From assembly GCA_965230295.1 (NCBI GenBank), contig OZ246001.1, forward strand, positions 3,936,001 to 4,000,000: DNA of 64,000 bases. Reading direction: 5' to 3'. This document shows, one piece after another, positions 10,541 through 20,178 of the stretch; the first letter of the stretch is position 1; each line of letters starts with the position of its first letter. A model generated the notes under the pieces. It made no database searches, was not told the DNA's origin, and saw only the letters and a list, made by a program, of their open reading frames with translations. This DNA comes from Marinicella sp. GTDB taxonomy: Bacteria > Pseudomonadota > Gammaproteobacteria > Xanthomonadales > Marinicellaceae. The position numbers and the translations under genes were made by a program.

Positions 10541-12502
10541 ATGATAATGCAAACATTGAAAAACAGCACTTTATTGATACTCTTGGCCCTGATCAACATA
10601 TCTATTGTAACCACTTCTCAAGCAGCCGTTGCCAGAGGGTGGAATGAAGTATTGTTAGATGCCATTCGTTCAGATTTGGCCAGGCCAACAGTACATGCCC
10701 GAAACTTATACCACATTTCAGCTGCCATGTATGATGCCTGGTGTGTTTACGACTCACAATGCGATGGCGTATTCTACTTGAATAAGCATCCGTCCAGTGA
10801 TCTCAGCAACGATCGTCATGAAGCCATCAGCTATGCAGCTTACCGATTACTGATTTGGCGTTTCACGTCATCTGTGGGCGCTGCTGTAACCATTCCTGCC
10901 ATCAATAATCACATGGCTGGTTTAGGTTACGACGCCAACATCACATCAACCACCGGTGACTCCGCAGCAGCCATAGGCAATCGAATTGCTCAAACGATCA
11001 TTGATGTTGGTCTGAGTGATGGTGCCAATGAAAGTAATGATTACGGTAATCAATATTATCAGCCAGTCAATGATCCACTGTTACCTGATCTACCTGGTAA
11101 CCCGGACATCACAGACCCAAACAGGTGGCAGCCATTGGCATTGGATTTTTTTATTGGGCAATCTGGTATTATATTGGGTGAATACCCGGATTTCCTGAGT
11201 CCTGAATGGGGTCATGTCACACCTTTTTCATTACTCAGAAGTCAACGCAGAATATATCAACGGGATCAACAGATTTATCCTATTTACAACGACCCCGGTC
11301 CACCACCTTTTCTGGGTGGCAGCACAACTGTTGACTACAAATCAGGCTTTGAACAAGTCTTGGAATTCAGCAGCCTGTTAGACCCGTCAGATGGCATCAT
11401 GATCGACATCAGCCCCGCCTCTCGTGGTAACAATGACCTGGGAACCAATAACGGTAATGGCAGGCCTCAAAACCCAATAACTGGCCAGCCTTATACCCCG
11501 CAGATTGTTCCTGCCGGAGATTATTACCGTGTTTTGGCTGAGTTTTGGGCCGATGGACCAGATTCTGAAACACCACCTGGCCATTGGTTTACCATTTTAA
11601 ATACCGTCACTGATCATCCATTATTCGAACAAAGATTCCAAGGCCAAGGACCTGAATTAAGTGATTTGGAGTGGGAAGTCAAAAGTTATTTAACCTTGGG
11701 TGGTACCATGCACGATGCTGCCATCACCGCCTGGAGCATCAAGGGTTGGTATGACTACATCAGACCGGTATCAGCAATCCGTTACATGTGCTCTCAGGGC
11801 CAAAGTTCAGACCCCAATGCAGCCAGTTTTCATACCGAAGGCATCAACTTACAACCTGGCGTGATTGAGTTGATTACCACCCAAACCATTCAACCAGGTG
11901 GCATTCATGAACATTTGGCAGGATTAGGTAATGAGAACCTGGGCAAGATTGCTGTCAATGCTTGGCAAGGGCCTGACTACATCATTGACCCAGAAACCAC
12001 GACTGCTGGTGTGGGTTGGATATTGTGTGACAATTGGTGGCCATACCAAAGACCATCATTTGTTTCTCCACCATTTGCAGGATATGTATCAGGACACAGT
12101 GTTTTTTCACGAGCAGCAGCTGAAATAATGACTTTGATGACGGGAACTGAGTTTTTCCCAGGTGGTATGAGTGGATTTGTTGCCCAACAAAATGATTTCC
12201 TGGTTTTTGAAGACGGCCCCAGCGTAGACATCATCTTACAATGGGCCACCTATCAAGACGCCGCAGATGAAACCAGTATCTCAAGAATATATGGCGGTAT
12301 ACACCCGACTGCAGATGACATTCCTGGACGATTTTTAGGTTATGACATTGGCCACCAAGCTTTTGCGCATGCTTTGACATTTTTCAATGGCAATTCTCGT
12401 GGGCAAGCACAACCTGTACCGATCAATGGCAAGCTGGTCATGCTGTTGATCACATTGGTCATGTTGGTCTCATCCAGATATTATTTTAAGTTACGTCAAT
12501 AA
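10541..12502 (+). CDS. Secreted vanadium-dependent haloperoxidase/PAP2-superfamily protein with C-terminal membrane tail
   Basis: Signal peptide; KGWYDYIRP, PPFAGYVSGHS, SRIYGGIHPTAD = the three PAP2/VHPO motifs; tail QPVPINGKLVMLLITLVMLVSSRYYFKLRQ. Confidence 0.85.
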   Translation: MIMQTLKNSTLLILLALINISIVTTSQAAVARGWNEVLLDAIRSDLARPTVHARNLYHISAAMYDAWCVYDSQCDGVFYLNKHPSSDLSNDRHEAISYAAYRLLIWRFTSSVGAAVTIPAINNHMAGLGYDANITSTTGDSAAAIGNRIAQTIIDVGLSDGANESNDYGNQYYQPVNDPLLPDLPGNPDITDPNRWQPLALDFFIGQSGIILGEYPDFLSPEWGHVTPFSLLRSQRRIYQRDQQIYPIYNDPGPPPFLGGSTTVDYKSGFEQVLEFSSLLDPSDGIMIDISPASRGNNDLGTNNGNGRPQNPITGQPYTPQIVPAGDYYRVLAEFWADGPDSETPPGHWFTILNTVTDHPLFEQRFQGQGPELSDLEWEVKSYLTLGGTMHDAAITAWSIKGWYDYIRPVSAIRYMCSQGQSSDPNAASFHTEGINLQPGVIELITTQTIQPGGIHEHLAGLGNENLGKIAVNAWQGPDYIIDPETTTAGVGWILCDNWWPYQRPSFVSPPFAGYVSGHSVFSRAAAEIMTLMTGTEFFPGGMSGFVAQQNDFLVFEDGPSVDIILQWATYQDAADETSISRIYGGIHPTADDIPGRFLGYDIGHQAFAHALTFFNGNSRGQAQPVPINGKLVMLLITLVMLVSSRYYFKLRQ

Positions 12503-12517
12503 CTGACAGATCAACCT

Positions 12518-13381
12518 GTGGCCATGAAAAAGTTACGACCTTATCTTTTACTGATGCGTGTAGATCGACCCATTGGTACTTTGTTGTTGTTGTGGCCAAC
12601 GTGGTGGGCACTGTGGGCTGCCAGTGATGGTCATCCGGACTTCAATACTTGGCTGATCTTTACGGTGGGCGTATTTTTGATGCGATCTGCCGGTTGTGTG
12701 GTCAACGACATTGCTGACAGAAAGTACGACGGTCATGTGAACCGCACCCAAAATCGTCCATTAGCACAAAACAAAGTGCCAGTTAACAATGCATGGCTTT
12801 TGTTTATTTTTCTGATGCTGGCAGCAGCATCTTTACTGTTGTTGCTAAAAACCCTGACAGTTATATTGGCATTGGTGGCAGCCTTTTTTGCCATCACCTA
12901 CCCACTGATGAAGCGAGTCACCTATTTACCACAAGTATATTTGGGCATCGCCTTTTCATTTTCGATACCGATGGCTTACGCTGAAATCACCGGGTCTGTT
13001 CCCAAGGTCGCTTGGCTATTATTTGTGGCCAACATTCTATGGACCACTGCCTACGACACCATATATGCCATGGTTGATCGCAAGGATGACCTTAAAATCG
13101 GAGTCAAATCGACGGCCATCTTGTTTGGTGATTTAGACCGTGTCATCATCGCCATCATTCAACTGATGACTGTTTTGGCTTTTTTTCTATTCGGCAAACA
13201 ATCAGAGTTCAGCGCCCCCTATTACATGGCCGTGATCATCGTATTGTGGTTGTTTGTCCATCAACAATTTCAAATTTTAGCCAGAAAAGAAGACAAGTGT
13301 TTCAAAGCATTTCTGCACAATAACTGGGTGGGCATGGTTATATTTATCGGAATTTTCACCCATTTTCTCTTGAAATCCTGA
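12518..13381 (+). CDS. ubiA: 4-hydroxybenzoate polyprenyltransferase
   Basis: LMRVDRPIGTLLLLWP, MRSAGCVVNDIADRKYD, YDTIYAMVDRKDDLKIGVKSTAILFG. Confidence 0.97.
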   Translation: MAMKKLRPYLLLMRVDRPIGTLLLLWPTWWALWAASDGHPDFNTWLIFTVGVFLMRSAGCVVNDIADRKYDGHVNRTQNRPLAQNKVPVNNAWLLFIFLMLAAASLLLLLKTLTVILALVAAFFAITYPLMKRVTYLPQVYLGIAFSFSIPMAYAEITGSVPKVAWLLFVANILWTTAYDTIYAMVDRKDDLKIGVKSTAILFGDLDRVIIAIIQLMTVLAFFLFGKQSEFSAPYYMAVIIVLWLFVHQQFQILARKEDKCFKAFLHNNWVGMVIFIGIFTHFLLKS

Positions 13382-13441
13382 AAAGCAAACATACATAGTT
13401 TTTGAACTTAATCGCCGCTTACGGGATTCAGTCATTAACTC

Positions 13442-13505
13442 GATTTGGCCTTAATAAAAAGGCAAATCACCAACAAACATATTGCTTAATCAGGAGAATA
13501 TTATG
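13442..13505 (+). promoter_or_regulatory. ROSE-like RNA thermometer in the ibpA 5' UTR
   Basis: Hairpin GATTT-G-GCCTT/AAGGC-AAATC (13442-13468), then ATATTGCTTAATCAGGAGAATAT placing UUGCU opposite the AGGAG SD. Confidence 0.7.
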
Positions 13506-13973
13506 AATTTCGATTTAACCCCCCTATTCCGTACGTCTATTGGATTTGACCGCATGGCTCAATTATTGGACCAAGCCAATCGCATTGATCAAACACCCAG
13601 TTATCCTCCGTACAACATCGAAAGTATCGATGAAAACAATTACCGAATCACCTTGGCCTTAGCAGGTTTCAGTGATCAAGACTTGACCATCACTTCAGAG
13701 CAAAATACTTTAACTGTTAAAGGTAAAAAAGAATCTGATGTAGAAGGAAAGTTCATCCATCGAGGAATCGCCAACCGTTCATTTGAACGCCGTTTCCAAT
13801 TGGCTGATCATGTTAAAGTCAAAGCCGCTAACATGATCAATGGCTTGTTACACATTGAACTGGAACGTGAAATTCCAGAAGCCATGAAACCCAGAACCAT
13901 TGCCATTGGTACAGAGCAAAAAACCATTGAACAAAAGCCTGAAATTGTTAAGGACAGCAAAGACGTGGCTTAA
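13503..13973 (+). CDS. ibpA: Small heat shock protein (Hsp20, IbpA/B family)
   Basis: MNFDLTPLFRTSIGFDR, YPPYNIE, HRGIANRSFERRFQLA, NGLLHIEL, IPEAMKPRTIAI. Confidence 0.95.
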   Translation: MNFDLTPLFRTSIGFDRMAQLLDQANRIDQTPSYPPYNIESIDENNYRITLALAGFSDQDLTITSEQNTLTVKGKKESDVEGKFIHRGIANRSFERRFQLADHVKVKAANMINGLLHIELEREIPEAMKPRTIAIGTEQKTIEQKPEIVKDSKDVA

Positions 13974-13991
13974 TCACCCAACCAACCCACG

Positions 13992-14024
13992 AAAAAGGCC
14001 TGCGCATTTGCAGGCCTTTTTTTT
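13992..14024. terminator. Intrinsic terminator (probably bidirectional) between ibpA and arcA
   Basis: AAAAAGGCCTGC-gcattt-GCAGGCCTTTTTTTT. Confidence 0.9.
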
Positions 14025-14060
14025 CATCAGTTCATTAGGGCCTGTTAACAGGCGCTGGTC

Positions 14061-15314
14061 TTACCAAGCAACAGCGTCTCTGTGCACCGGCATTGTCATA
14101 CATCGACACCCACCACCACCACGTGACAATTCAGAACCATCCATGGCAACAGCCGCTTTTCCTTGAGGCATGGTTACTTGACCACTGATGATGTCTTTGG
14201 CATCAATGATTTCAAAACCCGCCTGGTCTAATGCTTCCATGGTCGCTTTGTTGTGCTTATAACCAATGATGTGTCCAGGCGCAAAGGTGAAAAAATTAGC
14301 CCCGCTGGTCCATTGTTCACGTTCTTGCGAAAATGGGTTATCACCACCACAATTGACGAAATTCAATTCCAGGCCAAACAAGCGCAAAGCTTTGGGCAAG
14401 CCCGAATACTCATTGATGTAATTAATTTTGCCATTGGTGCAGCTGAGGTGAAAAGCTTTGCATTTACCAGCACCTGTGATCAAAGGTGAAAAATTCATGA
14501 CTGTATCCACATCCAACATGGTAAAAATCATGTCTAAATGGATGGTGGCTCTGATCTTAGGCAGTTCAACGACAACAATATCAAGGTTTTCATGCCCAAT
14601 TGAAAGCTTTTCGGCCATGCGATCTATGGCCCTGGCTGAAGTTCTTTCTGAATAACCAATCACCAATAAATCATCACGAATCACCAGCAAGTCACCGCCT
14701 TCAATGGTCAGTTCTTCAGATTGTCTTCTGGTGCCGTCAAAATGAAAGCCTTGTCCTTTCAGTTTGGGGTGGTTATTGAATATTGATTTGAGCAACAATG
14801 CTTCAGTCAATCTGACCCTGTGTGCCATCGAACCAATGATGGTTTTGTCATACACACACATCACAGCATCTCTGGTAAAGAATGCATTGGGCAAAGGTGG
14901 AATGGCATGCCTGGAAGGACTGATGTAACGCTCCAGGGTATTTTTCTTTAACAATGTACCTTGAAACAACTGGGCCGATAAATCCTTGGCATCAAAAGCC
15001 ATCAGGTCGTCGACCAATTCATGATGTCCATGCAGTGCACACACATCCTGCAATAAGTCTAATTTGACTTTAGAATCTTCTAAAACATCGGCCAGTAAAG
15101 TTCTGAATTCTAAAACATTGTCTGCAACTTTATTTAACACACCAGCCAATTGGGCATGCTCCTTTAAAGCCAAATCCAACGTCAAAATATCATCATACAA
15201 TACCTCATGTGCCGTTTCTGGCGTCATGTTTTCCATTTCAGTACCCGGCTCATGAATGATCACGGTATTCAACTTCCCGATTTCAGAATAATTTGAAATT
15301 TTTGCGGTGGACAT
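14061..15314 (-). CDS. arcA: Arginine deiminase
   Basis: SEIGKLNTVIIHEPG, PLPNAFFTRD, IEGGD, IHLDMIFT, REQW, ELSRGGGGCRCMTMPV. Confidence 0.92.
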   Translation of the reverse strand: MSTAKISNYSEIGKLNTVIIHEPGTEMENMTPETAHEVLYDDILTLDLALKEHAQLAGVLNKVADNVLEFRTLLADVLEDSKVKLDLLQDVCALHGHHELVDDLMAFDAKDLSAQLFQGTLLKKNTLERYISPSRHAIPPLPNAFFTRDAVMCVYDKTIIGSMAHRVRLTEALLLKSIFNNHPKLKGQGFHFDGTRRQSEELTIEGGDLLVIRDDLLVIGYSERTSARAIDRMAEKLSIGHENLDIVVVELPKIRATIHLDMIFTMLDVDTVMNFSPLITGAGKCKAFHLSCTNGKINYINEYSGLPKALRLFGLELNFVNCGGDNPFSQEREQWTSGANFFTFAPGHIIGYKHNKATMEALDQAGFEIIDAKDIISGQVTMPQGKAAVAMDGSELSRGGGGCRCMTMPVHRDAVAW

Positions 15315-15319
15315 AAGAC

Positions 15320-16372
15320 TTACTCGTCAAAAGAGATGTGGATTTTACTTGAGCGTGCCACTGATTGGCAACTGAGAATATAACCAGCATCCGTTTCCCA
15401 AGTTTCTAATGAATAATTATTGATCATTTCTACTTCACCTTCGACCAGCTTACAGCGGCAGGTGGCACAAACACCTGCTTTACACGAATAAGGCAAATCA
15501 ACACCAGCATCTTCGGCTGATTCCAGTAAGGTGGCCTGGGTTCCGGCCAATAGATTGAATTCATGATTGGCACCATCCAAAGTTACAGTCACCCCAGCAT
15601 CCTCCTTAATGGTTTTTTCAGCCAATGAGATTTCTTGACCATCGCTGAGAAAGCGTTCATTATGAATGAGCACATCATCTATTCCTAAGTCAGTCAATGT
15701 GGCACATACGTTGTCAATCATGCCGCCAGGCCCACATACAAAATACCCTTGGGCATCGATGTGCTTGACGAGGTGATCATTTAACAATTTGATTTTATCT
15801 GCATCAAACCTGCCTTGATACAATGGCATGTCTACTTTTTGCTGGGATAAAAAATAATGCACGCTGAAACGAGAACCAAACCGATCTTTTAAGTAAGCAA
15901 TTTGTTCATGTAACAAGACATCTGAAGTCTTGCTGTTACCATAAAACAGAACAAATTCTGCTGATTCAGTTTGTTCCATTGCGGCATAAATCATCCCCAT
16001 GACCGGGGTGATTCCAGAACCTGCAGCAAAAGCCACATAATGTGCGCCCTCTTGGGGTTCAAGCATGAAATGTCCACTGGGTGGTAACACATCGATTCGT
16101 TGACCAGCTTCTACACCTTGAGCAAATTGAGAAAATCGACCATCATCGACTGCCTTGATCAAAACATCCAATTCGTTTTGACGGGTTTGCGAAGAACAGA
16201 TTGAATAACTGCGGCGTAACTCTTCACCATTAATGATGGCTTTGAAGGTTAAATGCTGACCCGGGATAAATGCGAATTCTTCAAGCAATTCATCAGGAAT
16301 GTCCAGGGTCCAAATAACCGCGTTGGGCTGTGCTTGGATGGACTTTATCATTAAAGATTGAAATTTATACAT
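15320..16372 (-). CDS. paaE: Phenylacetyl-CoA epoxidase reductase subunit
   Basis: FIPGQHLT, RRSYSICS, AAGSGITP, FVCGP, C-terminal 2Fe-2S (SCKAGVCATCRC...LSCQ). Confidence 0.93.
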   Translation of the reverse strand: MYKFQSLMIKSIQAQPNAVIWTLDIPDELLEEFAFIPGQHLTFKAIINGEELRRSYSICSSQTRQNELDVLIKAVDDGRFSQFAQGVEAGQRIDVLPPSGHFMLEPQEGAHYVAFAAGSGITPVMGMIYAAMEQTESAEFVLFYGNSKTSDVLLHEQIAYLKDRFGSRFSVHYFLSQQKVDMPLYQGRFDADKIKLLNDHLVKHIDAQGYFVCGPGGMIDNVCATLTDLGIDDVLIHNERFLSDGQEISLAEKTIKEDAGVTVTLDGANHEFNLLAGTQATLLESAEDAGVDLPYSCKAGVCATCRCKLVEGEVEMINNYSLETWETDAGYILSCQSVARSSKIHISFDE

Positions 16373-16874
16373 GGCATTTAAAATAATCAAAAGGTTCTAA
16401 ACAGCTTTCACATCGATACAATGCCTTACAGGCCGTTGAACCAAATTCACTGATACAGGTGGTGTTTTCCGAGTGACACTGTGGACACTTGATTTTGCTA
16501 TCTTCCCGAGCCAATGGTGGTGCAATACCATAGGCTTGCATGGCAAGTCTTCCACTGTCTGAAATCATGCGGGTGTTCCAGACAGGGTCATCGAGCAATT
16601 GGACATCAACACCAGTAAGCCCATTACTAACAAATTTTTCCATCAATGCCTTTTCAATATCAGTTTTGATGGCATGCATGGCTGGGCAACCGGAATAGGT
16701 AGGAATGATGCCGACAATAATCGTATTATCATGCACTTTAACCTGCTGCAAAATGCCCAATTCCTGGATGCTGATCACTGGAATCTCCGGGTCTTTGACT
16801 TGGGCCAATTCAGCATAAACCTCGTCTACAGTGATGGTTAGCTCGTCATGAGACACCGGCTCTTTCACGACCAT
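16365..16874 (-). CDS. paaD: Phenylacetyl-CoA epoxidase subunit D
   Basis: DPEIPVISIQELG, PTYSGCPAM, CPQC..SEFGSTACKALYRC..CLEPFDYFK. Confidence 0.95.
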   Translation of the reverse strand: MVVKEPVSHDELTITVDEVYAELAQVKDPEIPVISIQELGILQQVKVHDNTIIVGIIPTYSGCPAMHAIKTDIEKALMEKFVSNGLTGVDVQLLDDPVWNTRMISDSGRLAMQAYGIAPPLAREDSKIKCPQCHSENTTCISEFGSTACKALYRCESCLEPFDYFKCHV

Positions 16875-17644
16875 CACCAATCGCAATTCGGGTATGCCCG
16901 TTGTAAAAACTGCATGTCTGCAAGCATGTAACCAAGGTGCTCAGAGTGCTCACCTTGTAGGCCACCAGTGGCAACCCAACCCGACTCAGGCAAATTCAAC
17001 TGACAATGATTCAAATGGGCCAAAACATGTGAGCTCCATGCCTCATTCAGTGCCAAATAATCAGCAATCAATCCTTGTGAAATCAATTCATTCATACCTG
17101 CATCAGTTTCAAACATTTCAGGGGTATAAAACCACAAATCATCCAATGCTTTTTGCATGCGTTTTTTGGCCTCTTCGGTACTGAGAGACAACCGCTCTAG
17201 CCATGACTCACTTCTTTTCAGGTGATACTTTACCTCCATCAATGCTTTTTTAGCAGCCAATGCCAAAGGTTCATGTTTTGAGGCCACCAAAGCCTGATAT
17301 AAATACAAGTTAAACACATCAACGAAATACTGCTTCATCATGGTAAAACCAAAGTCTCCCTTGGGCAATTCGGTGATGATGGGATTGCGGTATTCATGTG
17401 CATCCCGCAAAAAGGCCAACTCATCGGCTGTCGATTTCTCCGGGTTCAGTTCAACGGCGAGCTGATAGAAAATATTGGCATGTCCAATCATGTCCAAGGA
17501 CACATTGGTTAAAGCCACATCTTCTTCAAGATAAGGTCCATGACCACACCATTCGGCCAGCCTTTGACCCATGGTCAATGAAGAGTCTGCCAATCGCAGC
17601 AAGTATTCATACAAAGCGGTGTTATTGCTGGAACCAGTCATCAC
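16874..17644 (-). CDS. paaC: Phenylacetyl-CoA epoxidase subunit C
   Basis: QRLAEWCGHGPYLEEDVAL, DELAFLRD, HSEHLGYMLADMQFLQRAYP. Confidence 0.96.
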   Translation of the reverse strand: MMTGSSNNTALYEYLLRLADSSLTMGQRLAEWCGHGPYLEEDVALTNVSLDMIGHANIFYQLAVELNPEKSTADELAFLRDAHEYRNPIITELPKGDFGFTMMKQYFVDVFNLYLYQALVASKHEPLALAAKKALMEVKYHLKRSESWLERLSLSTEEAKKRMQKALDDLWFYTPEMFETDAGMNELISQGLIADYLALNEAWSSHVLAHLNHCQLNLPESGWVATGGLQGEHSEHLGYMLADMQFLQRAYPNCDW

Positions 17645-17922
17645 ATGTTTTCCACTTCTTTATCCAACGGATAAAACGTTGGGTGACGATAAACTTTGTC
17701 CTCTGCAGGATCAAACCATTCATGCTCTTGTTCTGGATTTGATGAAGTAATTTTCTCAGCTTCAACCACCCAAATACTCACGCCTTCCTTTCTGCGCGTG
17801 TAAACATCCCTGGCATTGAGCAATGCCATTTGGGCATCACTGGCATGTAAAGACCCCACATGGCGATGGTTCAAACCGGACTTGGCTCGGATAAATACTT
17901 CAAATAATTTTAATTCTGACAT
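17641..17922 (-). CDS. paaB: Phenylacetyl-CoA epoxidase subunit B
   Basis: EVFIR...HVGSLHA.D..MAL.NARDVYTRR.EGVSIWVV, DKVYRHPTFY. Confidence 0.97.
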   Translation of the reverse strand: MSELKLFEVFIRAKSGLNHRHVGSLHASDAQMALLNARDVYTRRKEGVSIWVVEAEKITSSNPEQEHEWFDPAEDKVYRHPTFYPLDKEVENM

Positions 17923-18905
17923 TAAGCTGCCTCACTGTCTGTTTTTTCACTTTGTTGCTGATGATAAACATCAGCCGCTTCTCGAACCCACGCGCCATTT
18001 TCATGGGCATCAATTCGGGCTTGTAAACGTTCTTTATTACATGGCCCATTGCCTTTGATGACTTGGATTAATTCATTGAAATCGATTTCCCCATGGTCGT
18101 AATGGCCCGTTTCTTCATTCCACTTCAATTCAGGGTCTGGAATGGTCAACCCCAAATGTTCAGCCTGCGGCACAGTGGCATCGATGAATTTCTGCCGCAA
18201 GTCATCATTAGAAAAGCGCTTAATTTTCCATTTCATAGAAAGGGCCGAATGGGTGGAATCCTTGTCACTGGGTCCAAACATCATCAAAGCTGGCCACCAA
18301 GTTCGATTCAGCGCCCTTTGGGCCATTTCTTTTTGTGTTTTGGTACCACGAGCCAGAACAGTCATGATTTCATAACCTTGACGTTGGTGAAAGCTCTCTT
18401 CTTTACAAATTCTGACCATCGAACGTGCATAAGGACCATATGAAGCCCTGCACAAAGGCACTTGATTCATGATGGCTGCACCATCTACCAGCCAACCAAT
18501 GGCCCCCATATCTGCCCAAGATGGTGTTGGATAATTAAAGATTGATGAATACTTGGCTTTTCCTGTTAACAGTTCATCGGTCAATTGATCACGACTGACA
18601 CCCAGGGTTTCAGTGGCTGAGTAGATATATAAACCATGACCCGCTTCATCTTGTACTTTAGCCAATAGAATCATTTTTCGATTCAATGTAGGCGCTCTGG
18701 TGATCCAATTGCCTTCAGGTAACTGGCCCACTATTTCTGAATGGGCATGCTGCGACATCTGTCTGATCAATGTTTTGCGATAAGCTGCAGGCATCCAGTC
18801 GCGAGGTTCTATTTTTTCCTCACGATCAATTTTTGCTTGAAACTCTGCCAGCAACTCGGCTGGTTCATCTTGCCCTTTGGCGTCAGTTAAACCTTGTGAA
18901 TACAT
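17922..18905 (-). CDS. paaA: Phenylacetyl-CoA epoxidase subunit A
   Basis: [38 protein letters not shown]. Confidence 0.98.
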   Translation of the reverse strand: MYSQGLTDAKGQDEPAELLAEFQAKIDREEKIEPRDWMPAAYRKTLIRQMSQHAHSEIVGQLPEGNWITRAPTLNRKMILLAKVQDEAGHGLYIYSATETLGVSRDQLTDELLTGKAKYSSIFNYPTPSWADMGAIGWLVDGAAIMNQVPLCRASYGPYARSMVRICKEESFHQRQGYEIMTVLARGTKTQKEMAQRALNRTWWPALMMFGPSDKDSTHSALSMKWKIKRFSNDDLRQKFIDATVPQAEHLGLTIPDPELKWNEETGHYDHGEIDFNELIQVIKGNGPCNKERLQARIDAHENGAWVREAADVYHQQQSEKTDSEAA

Positions 18906-18966
18906 GATTATCTCTTGTTAAGTTATGTTTATTATCATTAAACCCAAATTTGATTGAATCCTCGAA

Positions 18967-20178
18967 TCAATCGCTCACCCTTTTCAGTAACAAAGCCATA
19001 CCTTGGCCTACCCCTACACACATGGTGCACAGTGCATATTTTCCATTTGTCCTGCGCAATTGACGAGTTGCAGTTAATGCCATTCTGGCACCACTCATAC
19101 CCAAAGGATGTCCCAATGCAATCGCACCACCATTGGGATTAACCCGCTCATCATCATCAGCAACACCGAGCATCCTCAGTACAGCCAGTCCTTGTGAAGC
19201 AAAAGCTTCATTCAATTCAATCACATCAATGTCATCTATATCCAGGTCATACCGTTTAAGCAATTGTTGAGTTGCTGGAACGGGACCAATACCCATGACA
19301 TCAGGATCGACGCCGGCCACATTGGCACCGATAAATTCTGCCAGGGGTTGTAGTCCATATTTTTCTACAGCTGCTTCAGACGCCAACAACAGTGCACAAG
19401 CGCCATCGTTGACTCCTGATGCATTACCTGCGGTTACCGTACCATTGACTTTAAATGGTGTGCCCAGTTGGGCCAGTTTTTCCAATTTGGTATTGGCACG
19501 TGGATGTTCATCGGTATCTATAATGATGTCATCACCCTTTCGTTTCGGGATGGTCACAGGAACGATCTCTTCATTGAAGATGCCATTGGCTTGTGCTGCT
19601 GCGGTCTTTTGTTGACTGCGATAAGCAAATAGATCCTGGTCCTCTCGGCTGACATTAAACTTCTCAGCCACATTCTCTCCGGTTTCAGGCATTGAGTCAG
19701 TTCCATACATCTGTTGCAGCTTTGGATTAATGAATCGCCAACCAATGGTGGTGTCATAAATTTCCGCTTTTCTTGAAAAAGCGCTGTCAGCCTTGGGCAT
19801 CACCAAAGGTGCTCGTGACATAGACTCGACGCCGCCGGCCACCATGACTTGTGCGTCACCAAAAGCAATGGTTCTGGCTGCCATTGCTATGGCGTCTAAA
19901 CCTGATGCACACAGTCGATTGACTGTCATACCAGCTATGTTGGTTGGTAAACCAGCCAATAAAGCCGACATTTTAGCTACATTTCGATTGTCCTCGCCGG
20001 CTTGATTGGCACAACCTGCTATCACATCATCTATGTCATCAACCGGTAATTGTTGGTTTCTGTCAGTCAATGTTTTAATGACTTGAGCCAACAGGTCATC
20101 AGGTCTGACACTGGACAATCCACCTGCATACCGTCCGATGGGAGTTCTGACCCCATCACATATATAAACCTTACTCAT
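18967..20178 (-). CDS. paaJ: 3-oxoadipyl-CoA thiolase (PaaJ/PcaF)
   Basis: GCANQAGEDNRNVA, NRLCASG, IYDTTIGWRF, GHPLGMSGAR, CVGVGQG. Confidence 0.93.
   Translation of the reverse strand: MSKVYICDGVRTPIGRYAGGLSSVRPDDLLAQVIKTLTDRNQQLPVDDIDDVIAGCANQAGEDNRNVAKMSALLAGLPTNIAGMTVNRLCASGLDAIAMAARTIAFGDAQVMVAGGVESMSRAPLVMPKADSAFSRKAEIYDTTIGWRFINPKLQQMYGTDSMPETGENVAEKFNVSREDQDLFAYRSQQKTAAAQANGIFNEEIVPVTIPKRKGDDIIIDTDEHPRANTKLEKLAQLGTPFKVNGTVTAGNASGVNDGACALLLASEAAVEKYGLQPLAEFIGANVAGVDPDVMGIGPVPATQQLLKRYDLDIDDIDVIELNEAFASQGLAVLRMLGVADDDERVNPNGGAIALGHPLGMSGARMALTATRQLRRTNGKYALCTMCVGVGQGMALLLKRVSD

Noticed and set aside
10541-13381. Haloperoxidase plus prenyltransferase as a halogenated meroterpenoid cluster
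   Set aside because: The prenyltransferase looks like ordinary ubiquinone UbiA, no PKS or tailoring genes are nearby, and the haloperoxidase is exported.
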